NCBI RefSeq assembly: GCF_036365525.1
Contig: NC_090376.1
Span: 141,988,966-142,052,965 of the forward strand
DNA from: Heterodontus francisci
Lineage: Eukaryota
Direction: 5' to 3'
DNA: 64,000 bases
A model generated the notes under the pieces. The model did no database searches and was not told the origin of the DNA. It saw nothing but the letters and a program-made list of their open reading frames with translations. A program made the translations under genes and the position numbers. Below, in pieces: positions 1-11,649 of the stretch (positions are counted from its first letter, which is position 1; the number at the start of each line of letters is the position of its first letter).

Positions 1-424
1 TGGGAAGGGGTAAGGTGCATAGTTTGTGAACTTTAGGGGGTGAAGGTCAGGTGCACAAGGTAAGTATTGCCGGGGGGGGAGAGGGCAAGGAATGAATTAT
101 ATGGTTATTGTGGGGTGGGAGAGGGGCTAGAAACATTAATTTTTCCAAATCAATTTCAAATCAGTCTTTCTCTAAATCTTACAATGTAATGATAGGGCTA
201 GAAGCCCTTAGAAAATGGCATCGGTGCCTGCGCAATGGCACCTCACACCTTTGCTGGGGACAGACCACCCGCCCCCTCCACATCATCGGCAGGGGGTGGT
301 CAGACCCGGCTATTTCAATGAGTCGCCATGATCGATACTGCGGCGGCTCCGCAATGTGCAGTCCACATGGGCGGATCGCCATTTTTGAAGCTCGCCATTG
401 AAATCAGCTTAAAAAATCCAGCCC
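1..424. mobile_element. Right part of a Harbinger-type MITE (left end outside window), inserted in a Harbinger transposase gene
   Basis: Ends in AAAAAATCCAGCCC (424), the same terminal motif as the MITEs ending at 19990 and 29600; transposase-like sequence follows immediately. Confidence 0.6.
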
Positions 425-439
425 ACTGTCACACACAGG

Positions 440-1145
440 TGCATAAAGGAGGTGACCAATGCCCTATTCCATCGGCCCCATTGCTCATTTCCTTGGATTG
501 GAGGGGGGTCATTGACTGCTCTCATGTAGCCTTTAGAGCTCCCTTGGTTCAGTCTGCTGCATTTGCAAAGGCTTTCACTCTTTGGATGTTGTGGTTTGCG
601 ACCACGGGTGAAAAATCATGCAGGTCTGTGCGCGTTTCCCAGGGAGCTCTCGCGACGCATTCATTTTGCGAAACTCATAGCTCCCAGATATTTTTGAGGC
701 ACCAGCTCAAGTTGTCTGGATCCTAGGTGACAAGGGATACCCCCTGCCGTCATGGTTGATGACATCAGTAGGGCATCCCCAAAGCGCAGCTGAAGAGTGA
801 TACAATGCAGCTCACGCCTCCACCAGAGCCATCACTGAACAAACCATTGTCTTGCTGAAAATGCGTTTCTGCTGCCTTGATTGGTTTGGAAGGGCTCTGC
901 AGGAGGCACCATAGAGGGTCTCATGAATAGTTGTAGTCTGCTGTGCACTGCACAAACTGGCAATGCAATGCAGACATCTGTTGCAACAAAAGGAATGGGA
1001 AGAGCACCACTCCTCCTCAGATGAGGATGAATTGGATGAGCCTGAGGAGGAGGCCATGTGAATGACCCTTTAATGGATGCCAGACCCATGGAGAGATGTG
1101 CACGAGATACCAGGGACAACCTTATATTCTCACGTTTCGGCTAAG
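440..1145 (+). pseudogene. PIF/Harbinger (HARBI1-like) DDE transposase, degenerate C-terminal two thirds
   Basis: Translates across frameshifts and stops to GVIDCSHVAFRAP, ILGDKGYPLPSWLMT, YNAAHASTRAITEQTIVLLKMRFCCLD and IVVVCCALHKLAMQ, followed by an acidic tail; these are canonical Harbinger transposase motifs. Confidence 0.9.
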
Positions 1146-1772
1146 AGTGAGGCACCGACATGATTATTGTTCAAACACCTGAACTCCATTGCCTTCCTGG
1201 GATGTTGACCTACCCCTGCCAGCCTCCCTAGTGGTCCACACTCAGAACAGGTGTCCTCTGCCAACTACAATTGCATGGGAAGTGGAGCTTTGATAAATGC
1301 ACCACTAGTGAATACTGAATCTTAGGAAATCGGTGCCGCACTTGGACATCTGTTTATCATATAATCATAACCACTCTATCAGAACCAGCACCATCATAAC
1401 AGTACTTTGAGTGCATCCTGCACCATCTCAAATCTCTGAATAGTGAGTAGACTCAGTCAGCCTTCTTTACAAGGCATAGAAGGGAGGGCTAGCTGAGCCT
1501 CCATATGAACCCATGTCGCACAGACAGTTGAGTGCTAAACTGCATACTCACATTAACAATCAGTGAAGAATGAACGCTAAAACAAAACATCTTCCACAAT
1601 AAAGGCTATGGCTCATTACTCCTCTGTAAGCATCAAAGCAAGCCTGCCATGAGACCTGCCATTACATTTAGCTCTCAGAGTAGGCAAGTCTAAAGAAATG
1701 AAGAATATGTACAAATATATAAAGCAGGAAAAATAAATTGTGCACTATTTACATGTATGATCTTGTTGTTTT

Positions 1773-1822
1773 GACACGATGGGCCGAAGGGCCTGTTTCT
1801 CTGCTATATAGCACTATGGCTC
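1773..1822 (+). repeat. Isolated CR1 (HER1-type)/V-SINE 3' tail
   Basis: GATGGGCCGAAGGGCCTGTTTCTCTGCTATA matches the tails at 43390-43444 and 54900-54950. Confidence 0.7.
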
Positions 1823-1829
1823 TCTGGCA

Positions 1830-3499
1830 ACAGCTGAGGTGGAGGCAGTCTGCTCATTGCCCTGCCCCATTGTTGTGGATGACTGTGGCAGGCATCCGCT
1901 GGAGGTATGGGGCCCTGAGCGCTCCATCGTATTGGGGATCGTGCAGGGGCATCCCCCTTGACCTCGCCTGCTGGAGGTAAGAGAGGTCAATATCGAGGGA
2001 CATGAGGAGATGCTGCTCACCCTGGGGATGTCGTGAGAGGAAGGCCGTGGGGCAGCTGACACCTGCTTCTCCTCCATCTGGGTGCTCAATGTCCCCTGTC
2101 TGTCTCCCTGGGGGTAGGCGCACCTGGAGGGAGGTCCATGTGTCTTGTCCCCTCTTGCTTAGCCACTGCTGCACTGAGCCCATGGCTACAGCAATGGAAT
2201 GCATGTCAGAGTGCATATGGGTCAAGTTCTCGAACTGGCTCACCATGGTGGTTGCCACCCTCTCCATGGAGGAAGCCATGCACTGACATGCCTGGGCCAT
2301 GGCAGACATAATGGCTTGCACAGACTCCTCCACGCAAAACTGTGCAAGACCTCTGGCATCACTGACATATGTTCCCCAATCGTTTGCTGCATTTCCAGCA
2401 AGCTCTTGAGGCCTCGACCAGAGGACCATCATCAGCGTGGAACTCAGCAGGGGCCTGATTCCCAGCAGACCTCCGAATGTCTGGTGACCCGGCTGTAACA
2501 CTGTCCCTCAGTTGCTGGGACGTGTCTGTGCAGTGCCCACCAGACAGCAGATAGTGACCCTGATTCTACCCGAATTTCCGCACCTCCCCCACCCATCCCT
2601 GTGGACCATGTGGATGTGACAGCGCTGGCGGAGGATGCTGAAGAGGGAGGTGATGGTGAACCTTCTGGGGCATTGCTATCATCATCCCCAGAGGCGAGTC
2701 AACAGGTTGCTGGCTTGTCATCATTCTGGTCATGTGATTGTGGGCACTTGCACTGAAGAACAAATAGAACCACATTAAGCGTCATCACAACATTAGCACA
2801 TCACTTTTTCACACGGTCCTTCTATGTGCCCATATGTCAGCAACAGTAAGTTTGGCTCTTCATCCTTACACCTAGATGATCTGGCCTCACCATCCACAAT
2901 GGCTCGTCCTCCCTCCTTTCCTGCTATTCCTGTCTTGGTGCCCTCCAGCTGATTGTGGGTCTGTTTGTCCTGCACGAGAAAGTGTTGAGTTGATGACATG
3001 TCAAGAGACGCCTAACCCCGCCCCCCTCCCCCCCCCCCACCTTGTTTGCATGCACCCCATCACACATCATGGCCTTTTAGTCGCATGCTGTATCCAAGTA
3101 CAAACAGATACCAGACTTCCACAGGCTCTGACCACAATTGCTATGTGGCACCAAGGCTGATCACACATTCACCTGCAGGGCATGGATGCCCACTGACCGA
3201 CATTAAGTTTTGAGGACCCCATGAGATACTGTTTGTAAAGATTTGGCCGCATCATTTACTCTCGCCGATCTGAGCAGGTCATTGACCCATTTCCTACACT
3301 ACACCCAGGTTCCAGGTTGAATCCCATGGTTCAACACCTCCTCTGCCACCTCCATCCATGGCGCCTTGTTCAGGTGATCAGGTCTTCTAATGCCATCTGC
3401 AGGAAAGAGGACCTTCCACCTTACCCTGATGGCATGGAGGAGCACCTGTAGGGAGGCATCACTGAACAGTAGGGCAGGTCTCAGCCTGCTAGCAGACAT
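1830..3499 (-). pseudogene. Harbinger Myb/SANT-like DNA-binding gene (spliced, degenerate), convergent with the transposase
   Basis: Exon 1 (3499-3260) LFSDASLQVLLHAIRVRWKVLFPADG...WMEVAEEV...TWV then CRKWVNDLLRSAR ending at a GT donor; exon 2 follows TTTCTCGTGCAG at 2969; downstream Ser/Met/Ala-rich ORF 1854-2501 (SSMERVAT motif also seen near 33540); TIR-like AAAATCTTGCTC at about 3840. Confidence 0.8.
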
Positions 3500-4109
3500 G
3501 GTGGTGATGGGTGAGGGTGAGTAAAATCTTATATCAAGTTAAGGGGAAAAAATGTAGAATACACTCCTTAAAGACAAACAGCTGCGCTGATGGGCCTCCC
3601 TGATTGTGCTGAAGGATTATTTATAGCCGTGCCGTACATGATGCTTTGCTGACTGACGGCGGGTTACACCAATGAAAAGCGTTAACCACCACACGATCAC
3701 ACGTGTTGCCCAAGCCTGCCGCCAGCCCTTTGATTTTCAATTGTAATTGCATGGGAATCAGCAAAAAGGAAAGGAGTGGAAGTGCTGCCCATTTCCACTA
3801 CCGCTGTCAGAAATGGCGTGACATAGATAAAATCTTGCTCTTGATGTGCGCTGAACGTAATTGGCACTTAGAATCTCACGCTGGTTTGGTCGATTTCATT
3901 TGCACTGAGGAAAGCCAGTACAATCTAGTGGAAACCCACGCTCACTGAGTCCTCTATCTAATTTACGTTGTCATAAGTTGTTCAGGCAGACGATAAAGGA
4001 TCTGGCTGAGGATCTACCTTTCCGAGTTTTGATGCCACTTTGCTCCTTCAACTGACCAACAGAGATTGAGCTTAAATTGAGTAATTGTATTATTGTCACC
4101 TTTGTTTCT

Positions 4110-4290
4110 TATTCATTTTGTTTGCAGGATGTGGGTTCGCTGACTAGGCCAGCATTTATTGCCCATGCCTAGTTGCCCTTGAACTGACTAGCTTGCTAGG
4201 CCATTTCAGAGGGCATTTTGAAAGTCAACCATATTGCTGTGGGGCTGGAGTCACATGTAGGCCAGACCCGGTAAGGACGGGAAATTCATC
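4110..4290 (-). mobile_element. 3' part of a SINE (family 2) with LINE-derived tail
   Basis: Reverse complement matches 51090-51275 (CCTTACCGGGTCTGGCCTACATGTGACTCCAG...GGGCAATAAATGCTGGCCTAG); tail shared with the LINE end at 59265-59340. Confidence 0.75.
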
Positions 4291-4449
4291 TGTTCTTAAT
4301 ATTGTCATCGATAAACTAAATTAGGGATACTAGGCTCAATTTTCCATTTGTCAGCATCTGTGAGAATTATTACTGCTTGTCAGAACATGATTTTACCCAT
4401 TGCCAGCAAGCAACATGAGATGTAATAGACCACTAAGTCAATGCAAGCA

Positions 4450-4800
4450 ACAATAAAAACTTGTATTTATATAGCAGCTTTAATGTAGCAAAACATCTCA
4501 AGGGGCTTCACAGAGTCATTATAAAACAAAATATGGCACCATATTAGGGCAGATGATCAAAAACGTTGCCAAAGACGTAGGTTTTAAGGAGTTCCTGAAA
4601 GAAGGAAAACAAGGTAGAGAGTCAGAGATGTTTAGGATGGGTATTCCAGAGTTTAGGGCCGTAGATACCTTGGAGCGTTGTAGGGCTAGATGCAATTACA
4701 GAGATAGGGAGGGGGTGAGGACATGGAGCAATTTGGAAACAAGGATGAGGATTTTAAAATTGAGGCCTTGTTTAACTAGGAGTCAGTGTAGGTCAGCATT
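4450..4800 (-). mobile_element. L2-type LINE 3' fragment
   Basis: Reverse complement ends ...GCTATATAAATACAAGTT, a typical vertebrate L2 3' end; degenerate. Confidence 0.6.
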
Positions 4801-5675
4801 CACTTACATTGTTTTTCTACATTTAGTGGTGCTTCTGGTTTGTACTGACTCAGATGACTATTACATTCTACTGGTTGGCAATGAATGGAAACAAGTTTAA
4901 GTGGATTAGCTGGAGGAAGAAGCAATGACTTAAAATTGTTTACATACATATATTAGAGAAATGAAGTTTCTGTTTGGTTCGAAGTGTGAGTGCACACCCA
5001 CACTCACACACACACACTTTACTGTGCTCAGTTTGATCAGCCAGTTATGCAGTTGCAAACTGACTGATAACTCATAAATAAATTCCATATTTAGATATAA
5101 TAATTGAAGTTGAATTCAACACAAAGACCGGCAGACTGAGATTATGCAACAGATACCACTCTCAGATGAACAGAAATAAAATACTGAGCTGACAGACCCA
5201 GGTTATGCTATCAACTGTGCCTCTCCTAACTGGGCTGCTAATTTTCAATGTTTGGAGTGTGTGGGAAGATGTGTCTTTACTCTCATAACAACCAATTTCA
5301 ACAAAAATTCAACATTCACAAGATGTCTAATGAATCATCTAGCCACTTTCAAAATACAATTTTGTACTAAACTTGAGTTACACTGTAGTAGGTAAGAGAC
5401 TACTGACTGAAGGTGGCATAACAACTCTTGTTTTCATGTGCTCAGTTTGCCTGATTTCTTAATTATAAAAGAAATGTGTTTCTATAGCATATTTAATGTA
5501 GTAAAACATTAAGGTGCTTTATTTACTGCCACTTTCAGACAGGTACCTAAAAATGCTTCACACTGATGCACATTGACAAAATGGGCTACAAATTGGCCTG
5601 CATCTGTTTTCTGAGCACAGAGGTCACAATTCGCGATCTGCCCTTGCCGTGGAGGTTGGCAGCATGCTAATTTAT

Positions 5676-6360
5676 GAACATATGAATTAGGAGCAGAAGT
5701 AGGCCATTCAGCCTGTGGATCCTGCTTCGCTATTTAATAAAATCATGGCTGATCTACTTCTGTCTCGAATTCTACACTCACATCTACCTCTGATAACCTT
5801 TGATTCCCTTGCCTAACAAGAATCTATCTACCTCCGCCTTAAAACAATTCAATGACCCCACCTCCACCACCTTCTGAGGCAGAAAGTTCCAAAGTCACAC
5901 AACCCTCTGAGAGAAAATAATTTCTCCTCATCTCTGTCCTAAAAGGGCGACGCCTAATTTTAAAGCAGTGCCCCCTAGTTCTGGACTCACCCACAAGAGG
6001 AAACATCCTTTCTACATCCACCTTGTCAAGACCATTCAGGATCTTATATACTTCAATCAAGTCTCCCCTCACTCTTCTAAACTCCAGTGCAACCAAACCC
6101 ACTCTGTCCAACCTTTCCTCATAAGACAACCCATTCATACCAGGTATCAATCCAGTAAACCTCCTCTGAGCTGCCTCCAACGCATTTACATCTTTCTTTA
6201 AATAAGGAGACCAAAACTATACACAGTATTCGAGATGTGGTCTCATCAATGCCCTATATAAGTGAAGCATAATATCCTTACTTTTATTTTCAATTCCTTT
6301 TGTAATAAAGGATAGAATTCCGTTAGCCTTCTTTATTACTTGCTGTACCTGCATGCTGCC
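5676..6360 (-). mobile_element. CR1 LINE 3' fragment
   Basis: ORF 5839-6180 EAAQRRFTGLIPGMNGLSYEERLDRVGLVALEFRRVRGDLIEVYKIL...RTRGH is the CR1 ORF2 C-terminus; CR1 3' UTR at 5680-5760. Confidence 0.92.
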
Positions 6361-6479
6361 TTCTCATCAAAATGATTTCTACATGCAGCCCAGTGCGACC
6401 CACATTGCTGGCTGGCTGTGCATACAACAAGAGGCCTGATAGCATGTGAAACTACATGTGAAGTGTTGCTGCTAGCCTC

Positions 6480-9400
6480 TGTAATATTACTTGTTCCTTT
6501 GATATGTGATATGTAAGACTCTCAGGACTACAAGTAATATTGAAAGAAAACTTGGGTTTTATTATAACCTAACTAGAACATATATATGTGAACAGTTACT
6601 GCACGAGCACATTTAAACACATCTCACTCTGTCAGTCTGCACCACAACATCCTGGTCATGTGTGATGTGATATCACTTCCTCCGGTGACCTTCACCTACA
6701 GCCTTTTAAGGTGGCTCGCTCTTAAAGTCACCCTACAACATTCCCCTTTTCTCCAAAGTTAAGAACGTATGTACAATATACAATGATGTTGCGGTTTGGA
6801 CTAACTATACATGATTAAAGCAAAACATTATTTACAAGTGAGTAAATTTAATACTCTCCAAAACACAGAGGAGGTTTGTTTATTCTTCCTGATCTTGTTA
6901 TCATGAACCTCTTCCCAGAGCTGAGCTGGTCTTGATGACTCCCCTAGACTCTGATGACTCCGAACTCTTGTTGGCATCTTCTTCCTCTGTGCTCGTAACG
7001 CCTGTACGTTCATCTTCAAACTTTTTCTTTGACTGTGTCGCGATGCCACAGATTTGTCACATGAAGTGTTGTCGTACAGCTTTCTTAGTTGACTTCGGTT
7101 CCATCTGAGAATCGCACCATTGGGTGTCTGGACCTCGTACAATCTGCGCTGGTCGCATATCCTCACAAACTCAGTAGGATATTAAGTTTCCAATGCATGG
7201 TTGAGGACTCTGTGCATGGGACAGAAGGTCAATCGAGCTAATTCTGGTCTGGCTTGCTGTCATATGCTACCTTCATTTTCTCTTTTATGGAAAGCTTAGA
7301 AAAATGATGACTGGCAACATCACGAATCACCGACAATCCCTCTGACCTCCGGGTACTTGCTGCAATGAACTGAAACCCAAGGAGAGACTTCCAGTCATAT
7401 CGCCTCTTCGTGTCTTTGTGTCATGCTTTACATGGACCGACCTGATATGCTCGAGCTCAGTTTTTTCTACCATCTTCAGTGTGTTACTGACTTCATGTAT
7501 TGTGACAATCCTTAAATCTTGGCATACTGGAAGTCTGTGACAGCTGGTCCTGTTGTGTCAACAATATAAAACAATTGGGGTAGCTCCCATAGCTGCACTG
7601 TAAGGTTATTGTTCCAATGAATCTGATTGGAGAACCATTGTAGGCAGTTAGCTTAGGTGGGTCGTACCACAGATTCAGATTTCTTTAAACACATATTCTT
7701 CAGTATACAGCTGGGCAGAATATTTGCAGTTGCTACAGTGTCAATTTTTACTCTGTGCTGTTCTGCAGACATATAATCCCAAACATGGTGAATGCCTCAG
7801 ATTGCGTAGTAGCCTTGGCATGTTGATCCAAATTAACTATGCAAAATGCTTGCTCAGTATTTGCATAAGAGCATTCTTCACTCGTGTCCTCCTGGCAATC
7901 TGTCTATCCGCTGACCAGATGTACCTGCTTGGGCTGTTGTTGTGTGTTGGCATACCTTTTATTGCATGTGCCATTCTGACTTGCAGACGTTGTCTCTGCA
8001 TGTGATCTGCCACCATTTCTGTGTGCAGTATCTGAATTCGGCCTGCTGCACTGCCTTGCCCAATGTCCTCACATGCCACAAGCTTTGCATTGGTCCTGGT
8101 ACACCAGACAATGCAAATTGGATGAGTCAAGCCCCATTTGCTACAAGGCTTAGAAGACTCTGAGCCTTGGTTACCATACCAATTGTTGTAGCCACCCCAA
8201 CGCTTGTAACTATTGGCACCCAGCCATGATGGCTTCAAATTTCCTTCTATCATTGAGTAGTGCATCTAGCAGGTCTTTTGAAAGGCCTCTAGTGGGGTAG
8301 ATATGATTACTAGATCTATAATCTGTTCTTTCAAATTGATATCTGTGTAGTCACAATGTTGAGCTTTGTCTCAGCACCTTGCAACAAATTGGTCAGTGGA
8401 CTCATCTTGCCTTTGCCGCTAGGTCATAAGCTCAAGACCATGTACTCAGAAATTTACCCTCACCTTGAGTTGCTGTTCTAGGAATGTCCATAGCTTTCTA
8501 GGAACATTCTGATCCTCAGCTGACAATCCTGATGTATTGATCCATTGCAGGCTCTCATTGCCCAGTGCGATCTTAATTTTGACAGCTTGTTTCTCTGGTT
8601 CGCTCACTTTTTGATCCAGGAAACACAATTTTGTCGAAACTGTCGAAACCGTTTCAATTCAGAAGCTATGTCCAATGCCTTCCATTCTATGACTGGATAT
8701 CTGAAAGCCATTGTCTTAAAGATCTTGCTTTTTGTTTTTATAAATATAGGACTTTGTACAGGTTTTCCTTTTCACAGGCACACTTCTTTTTTCTTGTTTG
8801 TACAGATTTGTTTTCTGAAGGCCTGTCCCTTTAAGAGTGAGGCGACATTGGTTTCTTTTAAACAGAGAAAGCAGCTCTTTGTTTTCATTGCTTGTCCATT
8901 TTTTTAAACTGTGAGCTTTTTTTAAGCGGAGTTTTTTTTTTAGATGGCTGCAGTTTACAGTACCGGCAGCTGACAGTAATGGTAGCTGCCACAACCAGAC
9001 TTTTTCACTGTGCTGTGGACCTACAGCGGTGCTGTTGAATTCTTCCCTCTCTTTTTTGGCTTAAGGTCTGCCCACAAAGCAAAAATAGGAAAACTGAAAC
9101 AGTGGCTTCGGCTAGTGCTTTTCAAGTTTTTCGATCCACTGCCAGATTATTTGAAAGCTCTGGCAAGTTGCCGATTCTATTCATAGAGTTTCAACGCCTC
9201 CAGGGTCCTGTCTGTCATCTATCTCGTTGCACTGTTGTGGGATCTCCTACCAACTGCTCCTTAGAATTTTCAGCCATTCCAGGTAAGCAAGCTGTTGTTC
9301 TTTGTTCCCTGTTAGTGTGTTCTTCAGAAAAAAAAAACAAACGTTGCCGTAATGTATTTGGTGGCCTTCAGAAAAATATACCCCACTGCTGCCACCATAT

Positions 9401-9667
9401 AATATTAGTAGTTCCTTTGATATGTGAACTATTGTAAGGCTCACTGAACTACAAGTTATTTCCAAAGAAAACGTGGGTTTCTATTATAACCTAACTATAG
9501 CATATATACATATACACACAGTTACTACATGAGTGCATCTGAACACAGCTCACTCCGTTGGGTTACACCCACAACTTCCTGGACATGTGTGACATGATAT
9601 CACTTCCTCTGGTGACCTTTACTTACAGCTTTTTATAGTGGTCAGCTCTTAAGGTCATCTCATAACA
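6480..9667 (-). mobile_element. Gypsy/Ty3 LTR retrotransposon (Mag-like), internally deleted
   Basis: Two related LTRs (6480-6740, about 9398-9667) with outer TG/CA ends; 5-bp TSD GCCTC (6475-6479, 9668-9672); PBS TGGTGGCAGCAGTGG (tRNA-Leu-like); PPT GGAGAAAAGGGGAA at 6741-6754; gag remnant (ORF 8446-8628), CCHC knuckle CKACGM*GHWARQC (about 8050-8100), protease-like KIDTVATANIL (about 7716-7750), integrase C-terminus YEVQTPNGAILRWNRSQL. Confidence 0.9.
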
Positions 9668-10632
9668 GCCTCAAGCTTTTAAACACAGTCTCTCTCTCTC
9701 TTAAAGGGAAGCTGCACTTGAACACAGGACACTGCTACTGAATTCTATCGCTACAATTCTGAGTAAGGGAAATGGAACACAAGAGCAGAGGGAGGACTCC
9801 CAGGTACACCAATGGAGCGCTGGAGGCATCAGTGACAGAGGTGGATAGAAGAAGAAGAGGTGTTGTGTTTCTATGGGGAGCCTGGAGGCCCTCAAGGTAA
9901 ACCCTCCGAAGGAATGGAAGAAGGTGGCAAAGGAGGTCAACACCTGCAGTCTGGTCCCAAGGACCTGGCAGCATTGCCAGAAGAAGTTCAACATGCATGG
10001 ACAAGGTCAGTGAAGGCACCTTCATATGACATCTCATACCCACCATACCACAAACCTCTCACACGTCTCAAAGCACCACAACCCCATCACTCACCCATCA
10101 GCAGTCCCGAGCACTCAAGACACATGTCTAACATTCTCATACTGCATGTCATACTCACCGACCCGCCAATGATGCCAGACTCAAACTCACTGTTTGCTGT
10201 CTCCACATGCCTTCAGCTATTCAGCTATGGTAGACACATCAACCGAAAACACAGTATAACACAATCTCTGACAACCTGGCCTCTCTCTTGCAGGACAAGG
10301 TTGCCCATCAGAGGAAGGGAGAGCAGAGAACTGGTTGGGGGGTGCAGGGGGGAGGGAGAGGGAAGGAGATGATGCTCCATATATAGGGTTGGCTGATAGA
10401 GCACGTAGCAAATTGCATTGCTGAGACCATCCAGGATGATGGTATGTTACTGCCTTATGCCCCTTCTCAACTCCCTTCTCACCCTCATCCTGCTAACCGG
10501 CATAATGTGAAAACTGCAGATGGTGTGACCATGGGCCTCCAGCTTTTCACTCCTACTCCAACCCCAACCATCCCCTTCTGCTTTTATGCTTTCAGATACC
10601 CAAGAACAGCTACCTGCCCAGCCACAGTACGC

Positions 10633-10874
10633 TGTTACGGTCAGGTAAGGAGGAGTCGAAAGGCTTCCCTTAATTACCTCTCCTTGTTTGACCATAAAAG
10701 GTTTAATTCTTTTTTAAAGTGATGTACTTGCCAATTCAGTGAGTTTTTGATTATTAACATGCTACGATCATAAAAAAGAACAAATTAGACAGGTTTCCTT
10801 GAGTTTAACAAAGAAAGAGGTTAGGATTATTGTTCTGAAACTAATCTAAATAAAATAATAAACTATGCTCCCAC

Positions 10875-10909
<35 letters not shown>

Positions 10910-11649
10910 TAGGTTACAGAGTGGGGAAGGGTAGATTGGTCGAGTTAGAGTCCATAGTAAAAAGAGGTATACAGTCTGTGGAGTTTGGTGATTTGACTGG
11001 CTTCTAGCTGAATTCGATGGTCCTGAGTCTTTCAGTTTGAAGACTGATTCGGTGGGTCTCTTGGAGACAGTGATGCAGATGATTTCCTCCAAGGGGTCTC
11101 TGGTGGCAGCCGGAGTATGCAGAGGTGGTCAGTCAGCAGGCAGAGTTCGAAGCTTGCAAGCTGGAATTGAGAGAGAGAGAGAGAAAAGAGGGACTCCCAC
11201 TTGGGTCAGCACTTGTCAGAGTCCAGATGCTTGTCATCCTGCTGCAGAGAAACACCATCTTAAAAAACACATAGGTTAGGGGTGGAGGAGGAGGGGCTTA
11301 TCACATGACAATCATCCAGTGATTCAAGCATGGTAGTTACCAGTGTGTATTTCTTCTTGCAACTAAAACAGCCCATGTCTGGGGATTTATTTCTCACAAC
11401 CAGGGTTCAATTGTTCAAGTGATAGTCTTGATGTCTTGGTTCTTCCTCTGATGGGGCAGACACTTTGTCTCACCTTGCAGGCCTTGGAATGCAGGATACA
11501 GTGTTGCCAATAGGTGGCCATCTTAAGCTGCTGGCAAAGTCACCTTTTATCTGTTCCTTTTTAATTTCTTTACAAAAAATTAAATTCAGGTCTCCAGCCG
11601 GTTGATTTAAAAAAATAATAATTTAACATAGCACTTTGGGGTGGCAACA
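10633..11649. mobile_element. Probable solo LTR containing (AC)n and (GA)n tracts
   Basis: TGTTACGG...GGCAACA termini; start resembles the solo LTR at 19184; no clear TSD. Confidence 0.6.
10877..10907. repeat. (AC)n microsatellite
   Basis: Perfect AC run. Confidence 0.95.

Noticed and set aside
440-1145. Domesticated host HARBI1 gene
   Set aside because: Multiple stops and frameshifts, a MITE insertion, and an adjacent transposon Myb gene indicate a dead transposon.
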